Assembly: GCA_945900785.1 (NCBI GenBank)
Contig: CAMDJM010000015.1
Location: 9,041 to 73,040 of the forward strand
Length of the DNA: 64,000 nt
Reading direction: 5' to 3'
From: Akkermansia muciniphila
Lineage (GTDB): Bacteria; Verrucomicrobiota; Verrucomicrobiia; Verrucomicrobiales; V1-33
How positions within the stretch are numbered: the stretch's first letter is position 1; the number at the start of each line of letters is the position of its first letter. Under the pieces are notes generated by a model. It was not told where the DNA came from. It was given only the letters and a program-made list of their open reading frames with translations, and made no database searches. The translations under genes and the position numbers were made by a program. Positions 29,525 to 38,445 of this stretch are shown piece after piece.

Positions 29525-30586
29525 TCAATCCTCCTTGTTATAATAGACTTTGACGAATTTCATCTGTTTATCATCATCAAAGCCCCGCTCCAGCACTCCG
29601 GCGTGCCGATCGCTGAAGCTGGGCTTCAGGTGCAGCTCGACGCCGGTGTCGAACTTGAGGACGATGCCGATTTTTTTCTTCGCCTTGCTGACATCCTTTT
29701 TGGAAATGCCAAAGGATTTTTCCAGAGGCACGCCCTGCTCTTCCTCCACCCTCACCCGGTGCTCGGTGAACTGGGCCACGGCCTCCGGGGTCTTCAGCAC
29801 TTCGGTTTCAAACTCCTGCAGATCAAACATTTCCTTCTCTTCAAAATAGGCGATGGCATCGCGGGCCGCCGCCTGACGCGTTTCCGGGGCGGCCGCGGTT
29901 TCATCCGGCTTCACCTGTTCCAGAAAGGAGACGGCGAGACTGGTATAGGTATTAGTAAGGAAAGCCTCATCCGGCACGGCGTGCACCCCCAGAAAATCCC
30001 GCACCCAGAAGCGCGATTCCGCTCCGCTGCGGTCGAAGGTCAGGACGTAATAACCCATGTCGGAGAAGCGGTTCAGGATCAGGCAGCCCTTGTCGATTTT
30101 TTCCGGGTTGATGCCCTCCTCGGTGGAAAGCTGCAAATCCCCATTCCGGGCCGAGATGCTGAGAAAAGGCACCACACTTTCGGCTTTCAGGATGCACAGC
30201 GCATCCGTCGCGGTGCCGTCCACTTCAATGTCCTTCACATAGGCGATGCAGAGATCGCCGGACTTGATATTGGGGTGGTTGGATTTGGAATAGAGGCGCT
30301 TGGCGATGCGGCAGCCCTGTTCGAGGAGGCTGTCCGGTGCCGCGAAAAGCGCCGTCGCCAGGGTATTCATCTCATGCTGCTCAAGGGAGGAGTGGTGGCT
30401 GAAGCGGTGGGCGATCAGGTTCCGGAAAGGCTTTAGAAAAAGCGCGGTGAGGGCCTCACAGTCCTTTTCGGCTACTTTAAACACCTCCTTCGAGGTCTGG
30501 AGGGGCTCATCCCGCTGCGGGTTCCCGACTTTCGCGAGAACGGTTCCAGTGATATAGGCGGAGTTGAAGCGGATTTTCAGGGACAT
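29525..30586 (-). CDS. nucleoid-associated protein (YejK/NdpA-like, 37-kDa family)
   Basis: KVGN, LYSKSNHPNIKSGDL, ILKAES, GINPEKIDKGCLI, FWVRDFL. Confidence 0.8.
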   Translation of the reverse strand: MSLKIRFNSAYITGTVLAKVGNPQRDEPLQTSKEVFKVAEKDCEALTALFLKPFRNLIAHRFSHHSSLEQHEMNTLATALFAAPDSLLEQGCRIAKRLYSKSNHPNIKSGDLCIAYVKDIEVDGTATDALCILKAESVVPFLSISARNGDLQLSTEEGINPEKIDKGCLILNRFSDMGYYVLTFDRSGAESRFWVRDFLGVHAVPDEAFLTNTYTSLAVSFLEQVKPDETAAAPETRQAAARDAIAYFEEKEMFDLQEFETEVLKTPEAVAQFTEHRVRVEEEQGVPLEKSFGISKKDVSKAKKKIGIVLKFDTGVELHLKPSFSDRHAGVLERGFDDDKQMKFVKVYYNKED

Positions 30587-30785
30587 GGGGCCGTCAACCT
30601 GGCGGGAATCCGGCAGGAGGAAACCCGGAAGTTTATTTCGTTTTTTGCGCGTGCGCCTTGAGACGGAAGACGACCGTGTGCCGGATTATGGAGGATCCCG
30701 GAAAAAACACCCGGGCCAGAGCCCCGGGCTCCCTTGGGTGGGTTGGGTTCTCCTGTGGGCTCTTCCGGGACCTCCCGGGCTTAGG

Positions 30786-32198
30786 TTACGTTAGAATCGC
30801 CTGAATGGGTTCCCCGGACACATCCGTCAGCCGGAAATCGCGGCCGGCGTGCCGGTAGGTTAATTTGGTGTGATCAAAACCAAGGCAATGCAGCATGGTC
30901 GCGTGCAGATCGTGCACGGTGGTGGGGTTTTCGACGGCGCGGAAACCGAAGTCGTCCGTGGCTCCGTAGGCCGTGCCGCCCTTGATGCCGCCACCTGCCA
31001 GGCACACGGAAAACCCATAGTGGTTGTGGTCACGGCCCATTTTCGATTTGCCATTTTCATTGAGTTCCACGGAGGGAGTGCGCCCGAATTCCCCACCCCA
31101 AATGATCAGGGTATCCTCGAACATCCCCCGCTGTTTCAAATCGGCGATGAGGGCGGCGATGGGCTGGTCCACTTCGGCAGCGAGGCGGCGGTGGTTGGCT
31201 TCGATTGAGTCGTGGTTATCCCACGGCTGGCTCCCGCCGTGCCAGAGTTGGACAAAACGAACGCCCCGCTCCAGGAGGCGCCGGGCGATCAGGGTCTGCC
31301 GGCCTTGGACATGGGATCCATACATTTCACGGATCGGCTCCGGTTCCCGCATGATATCAAAAGCATCCGTGGCCTCCGTCTGCATGCGGAAAGCGAGATC
31401 AAAGGACTCCAGGCGCGCCTCGAAGCGCGGGTCGGCACCCGCCCGCTGCTGATATTCCCCATCCAGCCGGCGCAGGAGATTCAGTTGACGTTGTTGCACC
31501 CCGGCAGTGGCGTGCGGACTGCGGATGTTTTCGATAAGCTGCTCCAGCCGGGTGTGCTTGCTGTCGACATACGTTCCCTGGTAGGCTCCGGGAAGGAAGG
31601 CGGATTGCCAGTTCTCGGTGTCCTTGATAGGATACCCTCCCGGGCACATGGAGATGAAGCCTGGCAAATTGTTATTTTCCGATCCCAAACCATACAGCAC
31701 CCACGAGCCGACGCTCGGCCGCGCCTGAAGGGAATCACCGCAGTTCATCAGCATGAGGCTGGGCTCATGATTGGGGGCCTGGGCGACCATGGAGCGGATC
31801 ACGGCGATGTCGTCGGCGTGGGCAGCGGTTTTGGCGAAGAGTTCGCTGATTTCCAGCCCGCTTTGGCCGTAGCGGGAAAATTTGAAAGGGGAGCCAAAGG
31901 CGGCTCCGGTCTTGCGCTCGGTGCGCAGATTTTCGGCGGGCAGGGGCTTTCCATCGTATTTTGTCAGGATAGGCTTGGGGTCGAAGGTATCCACCTGCGA
32001 GGGCCCGCCATTCATGAAAAAATGGACCACGCGTTTCGCCCTCGGGGCAAAGTGGGAACCGATGGCCGGGGCCCCGCTGCCCAGCGCCCCGGCCTGGCCC
32101 AGCACACTGGCCAAGCCGATGCTGCCAAAACCCATGCCGGTGCGGCGGAGAAAATCACGGCGCGAAGTGCGGGGAGGCGGTGTCAGGTAGGAGATCAT
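30786..32198 (-). CDS. DUF1501 family protein (Tat-exported, sulfatase-associated)
   Basis: SRRDFL Tat motif, FMNGGPSQVDTFDPKP, LLERGVRFVQ, WDNH, GEFGRTP, GRDH. Confidence 0.93.
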   Translation of the reverse strand: MISYLTPPPRTSRRDFLRRTGMGFGSIGLASVLGQAGALGSGAPAIGSHFAPRAKRVVHFFMNGGPSQVDTFDPKPILTKYDGKPLPAENLRTERKTGAAFGSPFKFSRYGQSGLEISELFAKTAAHADDIAVIRSMVAQAPNHEPSLMLMNCGDSLQARPSVGSWVLYGLGSENNNLPGFISMCPGGYPIKDTENWQSAFLPGAYQGTYVDSKHTRLEQLIENIRSPHATAGVQQRQLNLLRRLDGEYQQRAGADPRFEARLESFDLAFRMQTEATDAFDIMREPEPIREMYGSHVQGRQTLIARRLLERGVRFVQLWHGGSQPWDNHDSIEANHRRLAAEVDQPIAALIADLKQRGMFEDTLIIWGGEFGRTPSVELNENGKSKMGRDHNHYGFSVCLAGGGIKGGTAYGATDDFGFRAVENPTTVHDLHATMLHCLGFDHTKLTYRHAGRDFRLTDVSGEPIQAILT

Positions 32199-35101
32199 CA
32201 GTCGGCAAAAGTAAACTCATTTGAAAGCAAAAGCACCTGGGCCAGTTGAGCCAGGGGAGAAAGAACGGTGGCTGCGGCAGAGGGGGCGGGGGTGAATTCC
32301 CTGGCGGACTCCCAGGTGTGGTCCCCGGATGTCAGGGTCTGGCTGAAGACGAAGTCGTCGTTATTCAGGCTGCCTCCAAGATGGACAATGAAGTCGAGGG
32401 TGTCTCCCTGCTTTACTTCGAGGCGGCGGTAGCCTAACTCTGCCTCACCATGGTGCAGCGACGCTCTGGCCAGTTCCCCCTCCCGGCTGGAAACGATGAA
32501 AGCGCTCACGCCATCACCTTCAGGATGCCCATGTTTGAAGGAACTGGTGATGGAAATGGTGCCATCCTGCGGCGCACTCCACCGGCGGATCACGGCATGG
32601 TCCAGGTCATTGCCGGCGTGACCGCCTTCGGCAGTGAGCTGCGCCCAGCCCAGAGTATCGTCCGGCAGCTTGGGGCCACCCTGCCATGCGGTCCCGGTGA
32701 AGTGGGGCAGCGGGGTGAATTTGGTGACTTTTTTGGAGTCTTCATCGTAATGGCCAAATCCATAACTCCATGGCGTGGGTGGCGGCGCAGGCGGGCTGCC
32801 GGCAGCGGTGGCGGCCGCCTCCGTCAGGTATTGGGAGGCCAGCTCCCGTTCGCGCTCCGTGGGCGGGCGCTGGAAGATGGCGCGGAATAACACCCCAGGC
32901 GCTTCCGATGGCGGCGTTTCCTCACAGAATTTGGCGAGGGAACGGGCCCGGTCGGCCGCGAAGGGATTGTTGAGAAGATACAAGGATTGCTGCGGCACGG
33001 TGGTCTCATGCCGCTGCCCCACGAGAAAGTCAGGACAGGCGAAATCGAAGGTGCGGAACGTGCCCGGCAGATACTGACGGTCGACCATGCCATACAGGGA
33101 GCGGCGCTTGTTGGCGGGCTGGAACAACTCTGCCGCTTTCCCTCCCATGGTTGTCTCAAGGTCACCGGAAACGGCCAGCATGGCGTCCCGGAGTTGTTCC
33201 AGATCAAGGCGGCGGCGGTTTTGTGAGGAAAGCAGGCGGTTCTCCGGATCGGTGGCCGGGGCGGGGCGGGACGCCTGCTGCCAGGCCGCACTGAGCAGGA
33301 TACGGCGGTGCAGGGCTTTCACATCCCAGCTGCTGGCGGTGAATTCCGCCGCCAGCCAATCCAACAATTCCGCATGGCTGGGCGGATCCGCCCGCAGGCC
33401 GAAGTCGCTCACCGTGCGCACCAGTCCTCTGCCGAAGTGTTGCTGCCAGATCCGGTTCACCGCCACGCGGGCGGTTAGGGGATTGTCAGGAGTGGTGAGG
33501 GCATCCGCCAGTTCCCGGCGTCCGCTGCCTTGGGTGAAAGGCTTCCGCTGCGGTCCGGCAATGACTTTGAGAAACTGCCGCGGCACTTCTTCCATGGCCT
33601 GCCCGGAATTCCCCCGGCGGAAGACGCGGGGGAGCGGCTCGGGCGGCAGATCCTTCATGATCAAGGCGTAGGGTGGTGCCTCGGGACGTTGGATAAGCCA
33701 GCGGTGAATCTCCGATTGAAGCTTCCATAACTCTTCAACGTGATTTGTGGGAAAAAAGAGTTCGATGGAAGCAAGCGGAGCCTCGGGCACCGCACAGGGG
33801 CCTGCGTCATCCTGAAGAAAATTTCCAACTTCGGCATCCCCGCCTTCTTTTAGCGCCGCCCCGAAGAGCGTTCCGTAGCGGGCGGCCACCTCCTTCATGG
33901 AGGCTGGCGGCATGGCGAAGGCAGCGGCCACGGCGGGATTCAGGCCGGTGGCATGTTCCCGACGCAACGTGGCCAGGGCTTTTTCGGCGGCAGCGGAAAA
34001 ATCCTTGGATTCCAGACGGGAAAGGACGTGCCATGGGGCGAGGATCGGATGGAAGGCCCCCCCGGACTGGCGCAGAAAATCCCGCCAGCGGCGCACCGAG
34101 GCGGGAATGATATCACTTTCCTGCAGAAGCTGATCGAAGCCTTCCTCCGGATAGCGCTGGAGTTCCAACTGGGCGGCCAGGTAGTCGCCGGCACGCGCGC
34201 GCAGCCGGGCTGCGGCCCCGGTGCGGCGGCCCGCTAGCTTTTCATCAAAACTTTTCTGCCGTATGGCGAGGCCTTTTTCAAAGTCGTCATTCCGCGGCGT
34301 GGCATCCACGCGCACCAGCTGATCAGCCCCGTTGTGGAAAATGCCGTAGAGCGAGTAATAGTCGCTGGTGGGGATGGGGTCGAATTTGTGGTCGTGGCAG
34401 CGGGCGCATTGGACGGTTAGGGCCATGGTGCCCCGCGTCACCACATCGATCCGGTCGTCGATGATATCATGGGTCACCCCGATAAAGCGGCGCCCGCCCG
34501 TTAGAAATCCCATCGCCGCCAGATCCGGGGATCCCTCCGGCACGATTTGGTCGGCGGCGATCTGGAGCTTCAGGAAGCGGTCCCAAGGCAGGTTTTCATT
34601 GAACGCGCGGACCACCCAGTCCCGGTAGGCCCAGGAGTGGACAAAAAACCGCTCCTCCCGCGCATAGACGTAACCTTTACTATCGGCATACCGCGCCACA
34701 TCCAGCCAGAGCCTCGCCTGGCGCTCGCCGTATTGCGGACTGGCTAGTAGCTGATCGATGGTTTTTGCAAAAGCATCCGGCGAGGGATCAGCCAGGAACG
34801 CCTCCATGGCGGCCGGCGTTGGCGGCAGGCCCGTGAGATCCAGCGAGGCCCTCCGCAGCAGGGTGCGCCGGTCCGCTGGAGGAGCGGGCTGCAGCCCAAC
34901 CGCTTCCAGGCGGGCCAGAATGAACGCATCGGGAGGCTGACGGGACCACCCGGAATTTTTTACCGCTGGCAAGTCAGGACGGCGCACGGGCTGGAAGGCC
35001 CAATGCGGAGGCTCCACGGCGGAGGCGGGCATGCTCATAACGCCCGCCAGCCATGGCAAAACACAGGCCAGATGAAGCAGGCCCGGTAAGTTGAAAGTCA
35101 T
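32198..35101 (-). CDS. DUF1549/DUF1553 (PSD1) planctomycete cytochrome-c-like protein
   Basis: HWAFQP, LLRRASLDLTGLPP, WLDVARYADS, CARCHDHKFDP, NPLTARVAVNRIW, PQQSLYLLN; start set at MTFNL (35101; 35107 and 35116 possible). Confidence 0.9.
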   Translation of the reverse strand: MTFNLPGLLHLACVLPWLAGVMSMPASAVEPPHWAFQPVRRPDLPAVKNSGWSRQPPDAFILARLEAVGLQPAPPADRRTLLRRASLDLTGLPPTPAAMEAFLADPSPDAFAKTIDQLLASPQYGERQARLWLDVARYADSKGYVYAREERFFVHSWAYRDWVVRAFNENLPWDRFLKLQIAADQIVPEGSPDLAAMGFLTGGRRFIGVTHDIIDDRIDVVTRGTMALTVQCARCHDHKFDPIPTSDYYSLYGIFHNGADQLVRVDATPRNDDFEKGLAIRQKSFDEKLAGRRTGAAARLRARAGDYLAAQLELQRYPEEGFDQLLQESDIIPASVRRWRDFLRQSGGAFHPILAPWHVLSRLESKDFSAAAEKALATLRREHATGLNPAVAAAFAMPPASMKEVAARYGTLFGAALKEGGDAEVGNFLQDDAGPCAVPEAPLASIELFFPTNHVEELWKLQSEIHRWLIQRPEAPPYALIMKDLPPEPLPRVFRRGNSGQAMEEVPRQFLKVIAGPQRKPFTQGSGRRELADALTTPDNPLTARVAVNRIWQQHFGRGLVRTVSDFGLRADPPSHAELLDWLAAEFTASSWDVKALHRRILLSAAWQQASRPAPATDPENRLLSSQNRRRLDLEQLRDAMLAVSGDLETTMGGKAAELFQPANKRRSLYGMVDRQYLPGTFRTFDFACPDFLVGQRHETTVPQQSLYLLNNPFAADRARSLAKFCEETPPSEAPGVLFRAIFQRPPTERERELASQYLTEAAATAAGSPPAPPPTPWSYGFGHYDEDSKKVTKFTPLPHFTGTAWQGGPKLPDDTLGWAQLTAEGGHAGNDLDHAVIRRWSAPQDGTISITSSFKHGHPEGDGVSAFIVSSREGELARASLHHGEAELGYRRLEVKQGDTLDFIVHLGGSLNNDDFVFSQTLTSGDHTWESAREFTPAPSAAATVLSPLAQLAQVLLLSNEFTFAD

Positions 35102-35850
35102 CCCCATGCACCCCATACGCCATGGTTGGGAGCGAATTGCACTTCCGGTCCCGAATTTTACCGCAGGACGGCAATCGGCCCGCAGGCAGCTGCGGGGAGC
35201 GGCGGTGACAGGAGCAGGCAGGCGGCGCTGAAGGCGGCGCAGCGAAGGAGTGAACGGATCAGGCTCATGGCGATGGTGAAGGAGGCGGTGGGGTTTGCGG
35301 CGGACGGCCCGCGAAGTCTGTTTTCGTTGCAACGGCGGTTTTGGCGGGCTCGGGGGCACCGGGTTGGAATCCGGTGCCGGAAGCGGTGGCGTAGAGGGTG
35401 TTGCCCTTGCGGCTCCAGAGAAATACAAGATTCGCTGCGGTGCCGCCGGTGTGGACGATGCAGCTGGAGTTATTATCGGCCGGGTCGCCGTGGCCCTGGG
35501 GATACCTGCGCTGGGCATCGGCGGCATCAATGACGCCGTCGGCGGTGCTGCTGCCGGCCTTTTCCTTGATGTTGTAGTTCGTGGCATGCCGCCATCGCCG
35601 CCGGTCATGATCTTCCTGCCGTCGGGGGGCATGAAAGGGACCGGACGGTGGCAATGGTTTTATGGAAATCGTCAGGACATGGCAATCATAATTCCCGGCG
35701 GAGAACCCTGCAAGCTTGAAGGACAAGCCTTTGATTGAAGCTTAAAGGACCAATCCGTGCCAATCTCCGCCATGGCCAAGGCAGGTCAACCGTTACCGCC
35801 TGTCACGCGGCCCGGAGCATTTCCGGCTTAACTCGTTGGTTTTAAAGGGT

Positions 35851-36205
35851 TGGTGGAGGCGACGGGAATTGAACCCGTGTCCTAGCGCCTTTTAACGCAG
35901 GTTTCTACATGCTTATCCGGCGATTTAAGTTAAGAACCTGACCTTCCACCGGCGGAATGCCCTGCTCCGATTCTCCTGTGAATCTCGCCTGAGCCCCGGA
36001 GACCCGGGCCTTTAGCCAGCCTGATAAGTTGCACCCTCCACCGTATCAGACATTCGGCAGAGGATGTCACCGTCAATTAAGCGGCGAGTGCGAGCTCGTT
36101 AGAGTTAGCGTTTGTTTGTTTTGATCCGATTGTTAACGGGGCCAACGAATCATCCCCGGCATGCTGCCAACGCCTCCAGTCACTAGTCGAAACCGGTGCG
36201 CCCCC
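35851..36205 (-). ncRNA. ssrA: tmRNA
   Basis: 5' GGGGGCG pairs with 3' CGCCTCC-ACCA (G3.U alanyl identity pair); T-arm ACGGGTTCAATTCCCGT; internal tag ORF ANSNELALAA-stop at 36077-36109. Confidence 0.97.
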
Positions 36206-36297
36206 AACACTTCCACGTTGCCACGGACTTCCTGGGATGCAAGGCCTCATATGGAGCCAAATTCCGGGATGCCGGGACAGCGGGCCGGAGCAGCCGT

Positions 36298-36332
36298 AAA
36301 AAAACCGGTTTCCGCCAAGGGCAGAAACCGGT
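36298..36332 (-). terminator. rho-independent terminator after the small lipoprotein gene
   Basis: ACCGGTTTC/GAAACCGGT stem with A7 on + strand. Confidence 0.8.
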
Positions 36333-36363
36333 CGAAATGGAATGTTGAAATCCTTGGTGCTGC

Positions 36364-36474
36364 TTATTTGGCAGGGGTCACGTAACCGCCGGAAGGAGCG
36401 GCTGGAGCTGGATTTGGCTTGGAAGCGCAGGAAGAGAGGGCAACTGCGGCAAGGGCGAGAATAATGAACTTCAT
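36364..36474 (-). CDS. 36-aa lipoprotein (not in ORF track)
   Basis: MKFIILALAAVALSSCASKPNPAPAAPSGGYVTPAK; clear signal peptide with LSSC lipobox and its own terminator. Confidence 0.8.
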   Translation of the reverse strand: MKFIILALAAVALSSCASKPNPAPAAPSGGYVTPAK

Positions 36475-36899
36475 GGTATTTCTTTTGATTGTGGTTAAAC
36501 GAGCTTTTGCCCCGGCACACAAGGGTAAGGGGCATCCACCATGGGTTCTTTTAACCCATGCTTTTCCTGATGCAAACGAAAATACTTAATGCAGCCTAAT
36601 CAAAAATCGGACAAAACGTCAATTTTTTCCGCATCGGGCCCGGATTTAGTTGCTTCTCCGGTTGGGATTCAGCGTTTGAGCCAGTTTTCCAGAAGCCGGG
36701 GCCAGCCCTGCGGGGAGGCGGTGGATCTCATGCCGTAGCCATGCCCCCCATCCGGCCAGAGGTGGAGTTCGGCGGGGATTTTATGTTGCTGCAGCGCGTA
36801 AAAGTAATCGCTAAAGGTTTGCCCATCCGGTGATGCCGTGGTGTGGCCCGCAGGGAGGAAGCAATCGGGCGGCTGCCGCTGCCACGCTGAAACGGAGGT

Positions 36900-37043
36900 T
36901 TACCGGGATTGCTGCAAAGCATCGATCCGCCCCGTGCCAAACGGGGCTTGCCCAGCTTTCCAGAAGAGAATGCCCAGAAGGGCGAACAAGGTAAAGCCGA
37001 GCAGGCAGCGTTCGAGGGGATGGGTCAGCGGCAGATGGCTCAT
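36900..37043 (-). CDS. 47-aa single-TM small protein (not in ORF track)
   Basis: MSHLPLTHPLERCLLGFTLFALLGILFWKAGQAPFGTGRIDALQQSR; preceded by AT-rich upstream region. Confidence 0.45.
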   Translation of the reverse strand: MSHLPLTHPLERCLLGFTLFALLGILFWKAGQAPFGTGRIDALQQSR

Positions 37044-37178
37044 AGCACTGGGAGAAATTTATTTAACTCTTCCAGATTATTTATTTAGCCGCTCGAGCGG
37101 GGGAAGTCAATTATTGCTTTGAGAAAGGCCCCGGTATTATGAAAAAACAGCCTGTGGCTATGCGGCACCAGCCCGCAG

Positions 37179-37637
37179 TCAGGTCCGCCGGGTCGCCGCC
37201 CGCAGCAGGCGGTCGGCCGCCAGATGGCCGGCCCCGCAGAAGCAAATGGCCGCACAGGCCCCGGCCAGGAGCAGGGCTGACTGCACCACCTGCGGATGGT
37301 GGCGGTAAAGCAGAGCCGTGATGACGCAGATAGAGCCCATCAGCACCGCACTAAAACGGGTGAGAAGACCGATCGCGATGGCGAGGGCGGAAAGGAGGAC
37401 GAGTAAAACGAGGCTGACCGCCAAGGGAAAAGGCAAAGGAAACCCAAGTGCAGCCAACTGTCCGGGAAGTTCCCATCCGGTTTTTTGCCAGATGTTGGAC
37501 CAGGCGGCCGGCAACTCCCTTGCCAACTGCCAGTAAAGCAGGCTCCCGCCCACGGTGATTCTCAGGATCAGCAGGCCGATCTGACGGCTGACCGGGGAGG
37601 TGACGGCGGTGGGGGCGCGGGAGTATTGGAAGGGCAT
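37179..37637 (-). CDS. DoxX family membrane protein
   Basis: GLLILRITVG...LGFPLP...IGLLTRFSA...GAGHLAAD. Confidence 0.78.
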   Translation of the reverse strand: MPFQYSRAPTAVTSPVSRQIGLLILRITVGGSLLYWQLARELPAAWSNIWQKTGWELPGQLAALGFPLPFPLAVSLVLLVLLSALAIAIGLLTRFSAVLMGSICVITALLYRHHPQVVQSALLLAGACAAICFCGAGHLAADRLLRAATRRT

Positions 37638-37701
37638 GAGCGGTGCTTCAGGCGGGAGGAAAGCAGGTTCCCTGGGCTTTACAAATGAGGCCCGTCCATT
37701 T

Positions 37702-38145
37702 CTAACCACCCCCACGGGCCTTGGCGTCATTTCGGGCAGCGCGCGACCGGATTTCGATCCAAGCCGGTCCTCCTGCGGCATCAAAAAGAGGGGTGAGATG
37801 CAGTTGGTGGTCCTGAGCGAGGGACCAGAGGAGTTGCCGGCGGGTCATGGCGATCTTGTCGATGAAAATGCTGGGGTTTTCCACCGGAGGCTGAATGACC
37901 CGGTAATTAATGCCCCGGAGGGCGGGCTCGTTGTAAACCTGTTTCAGCGGCACATCGAAAATCTGAACCCGCACCGAGCTGTCCAGCCATTGATTCAGCG
38001 GATCATAGCGGGTGAACAGAAACTCAGCCGGGACGACCGCCCATTTATCCGCCGCCTGATATTTGGGTTTGGGATCGAGCAGGCCGCAGGAGGCGACTGA
38101 AAAAAGCAGCAGAGGAGCCAGCAGGCGGGCGGGATGGAGCATCAT
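37702..38145 (-). CDS. hypothetical lipoprotein
   Basis: Lipobox VASC after hydrophobic N-terminus. Confidence 0.7.
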   Translation of the reverse strand: MMLHPARLLAPLLLFSVASCGLLDPKPKYQAADKWAVVPAEFLFTRYDPLNQWLDSSVRVQIFDVPLKQVYNEPALRGINYRVIQPPVENPSIFIDKIAMTRRQLLWSLAQDHQLHLTPLFDAAGGPAWIEIRSRAARNDAKARGGG

Positions 38146-38445
38146 AGAGGAAATAGGAATAGGGAGTATTCACCGCTCCGGCAGGGACGGGGCAAGGGAG
38201 GAAATTGGAAAGTCTTCCCCTTTGACTGCCGTAAACGGGGAATGTTGAATAAAATCGCAGGAACCGCAAATTGACCCACATAAAAGAGGCAGAATGATGG
38301 GAAAAGTAGAATTTCAGATGAATAAGAAATCTTATTGAAGTTGACAAGTTAAAGATGAGACGCAAATCTGGATGCCAATAAAAACCGGGGATGCGCAGGG
38401 GAAATGAATTCATCATGACTCCGGCAGCTTTTCCTCCAGACCGCC

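Noticed and set aside
30786-35101. DUF1553-DUF1501 pair as a novel system
   Set aside because: Very common paralogous gene pair in PVC genomes
35102-35632. N-terminal extension of the 1144-aa ORF
   Set aside because: Low-complexity read-through; the signal peptide and HWAFQP motif place the real start near 35101
35851-35885. tRNA-like 3' end
   Set aside because: Belongs to tmRNA; there is no anticodon arm and the 5' acceptor strand is 355 nt away
36077-36535. 152-aa ORF ending in ANSNELALAA
   Set aside because: It is the tmRNA tag frame extended upstream by chance, not a gene
38341-38370. TTGACA as sigma70 -35 element for the mgl operon
   Set aside because: No convincing -10 element at 16-18 bp spacing
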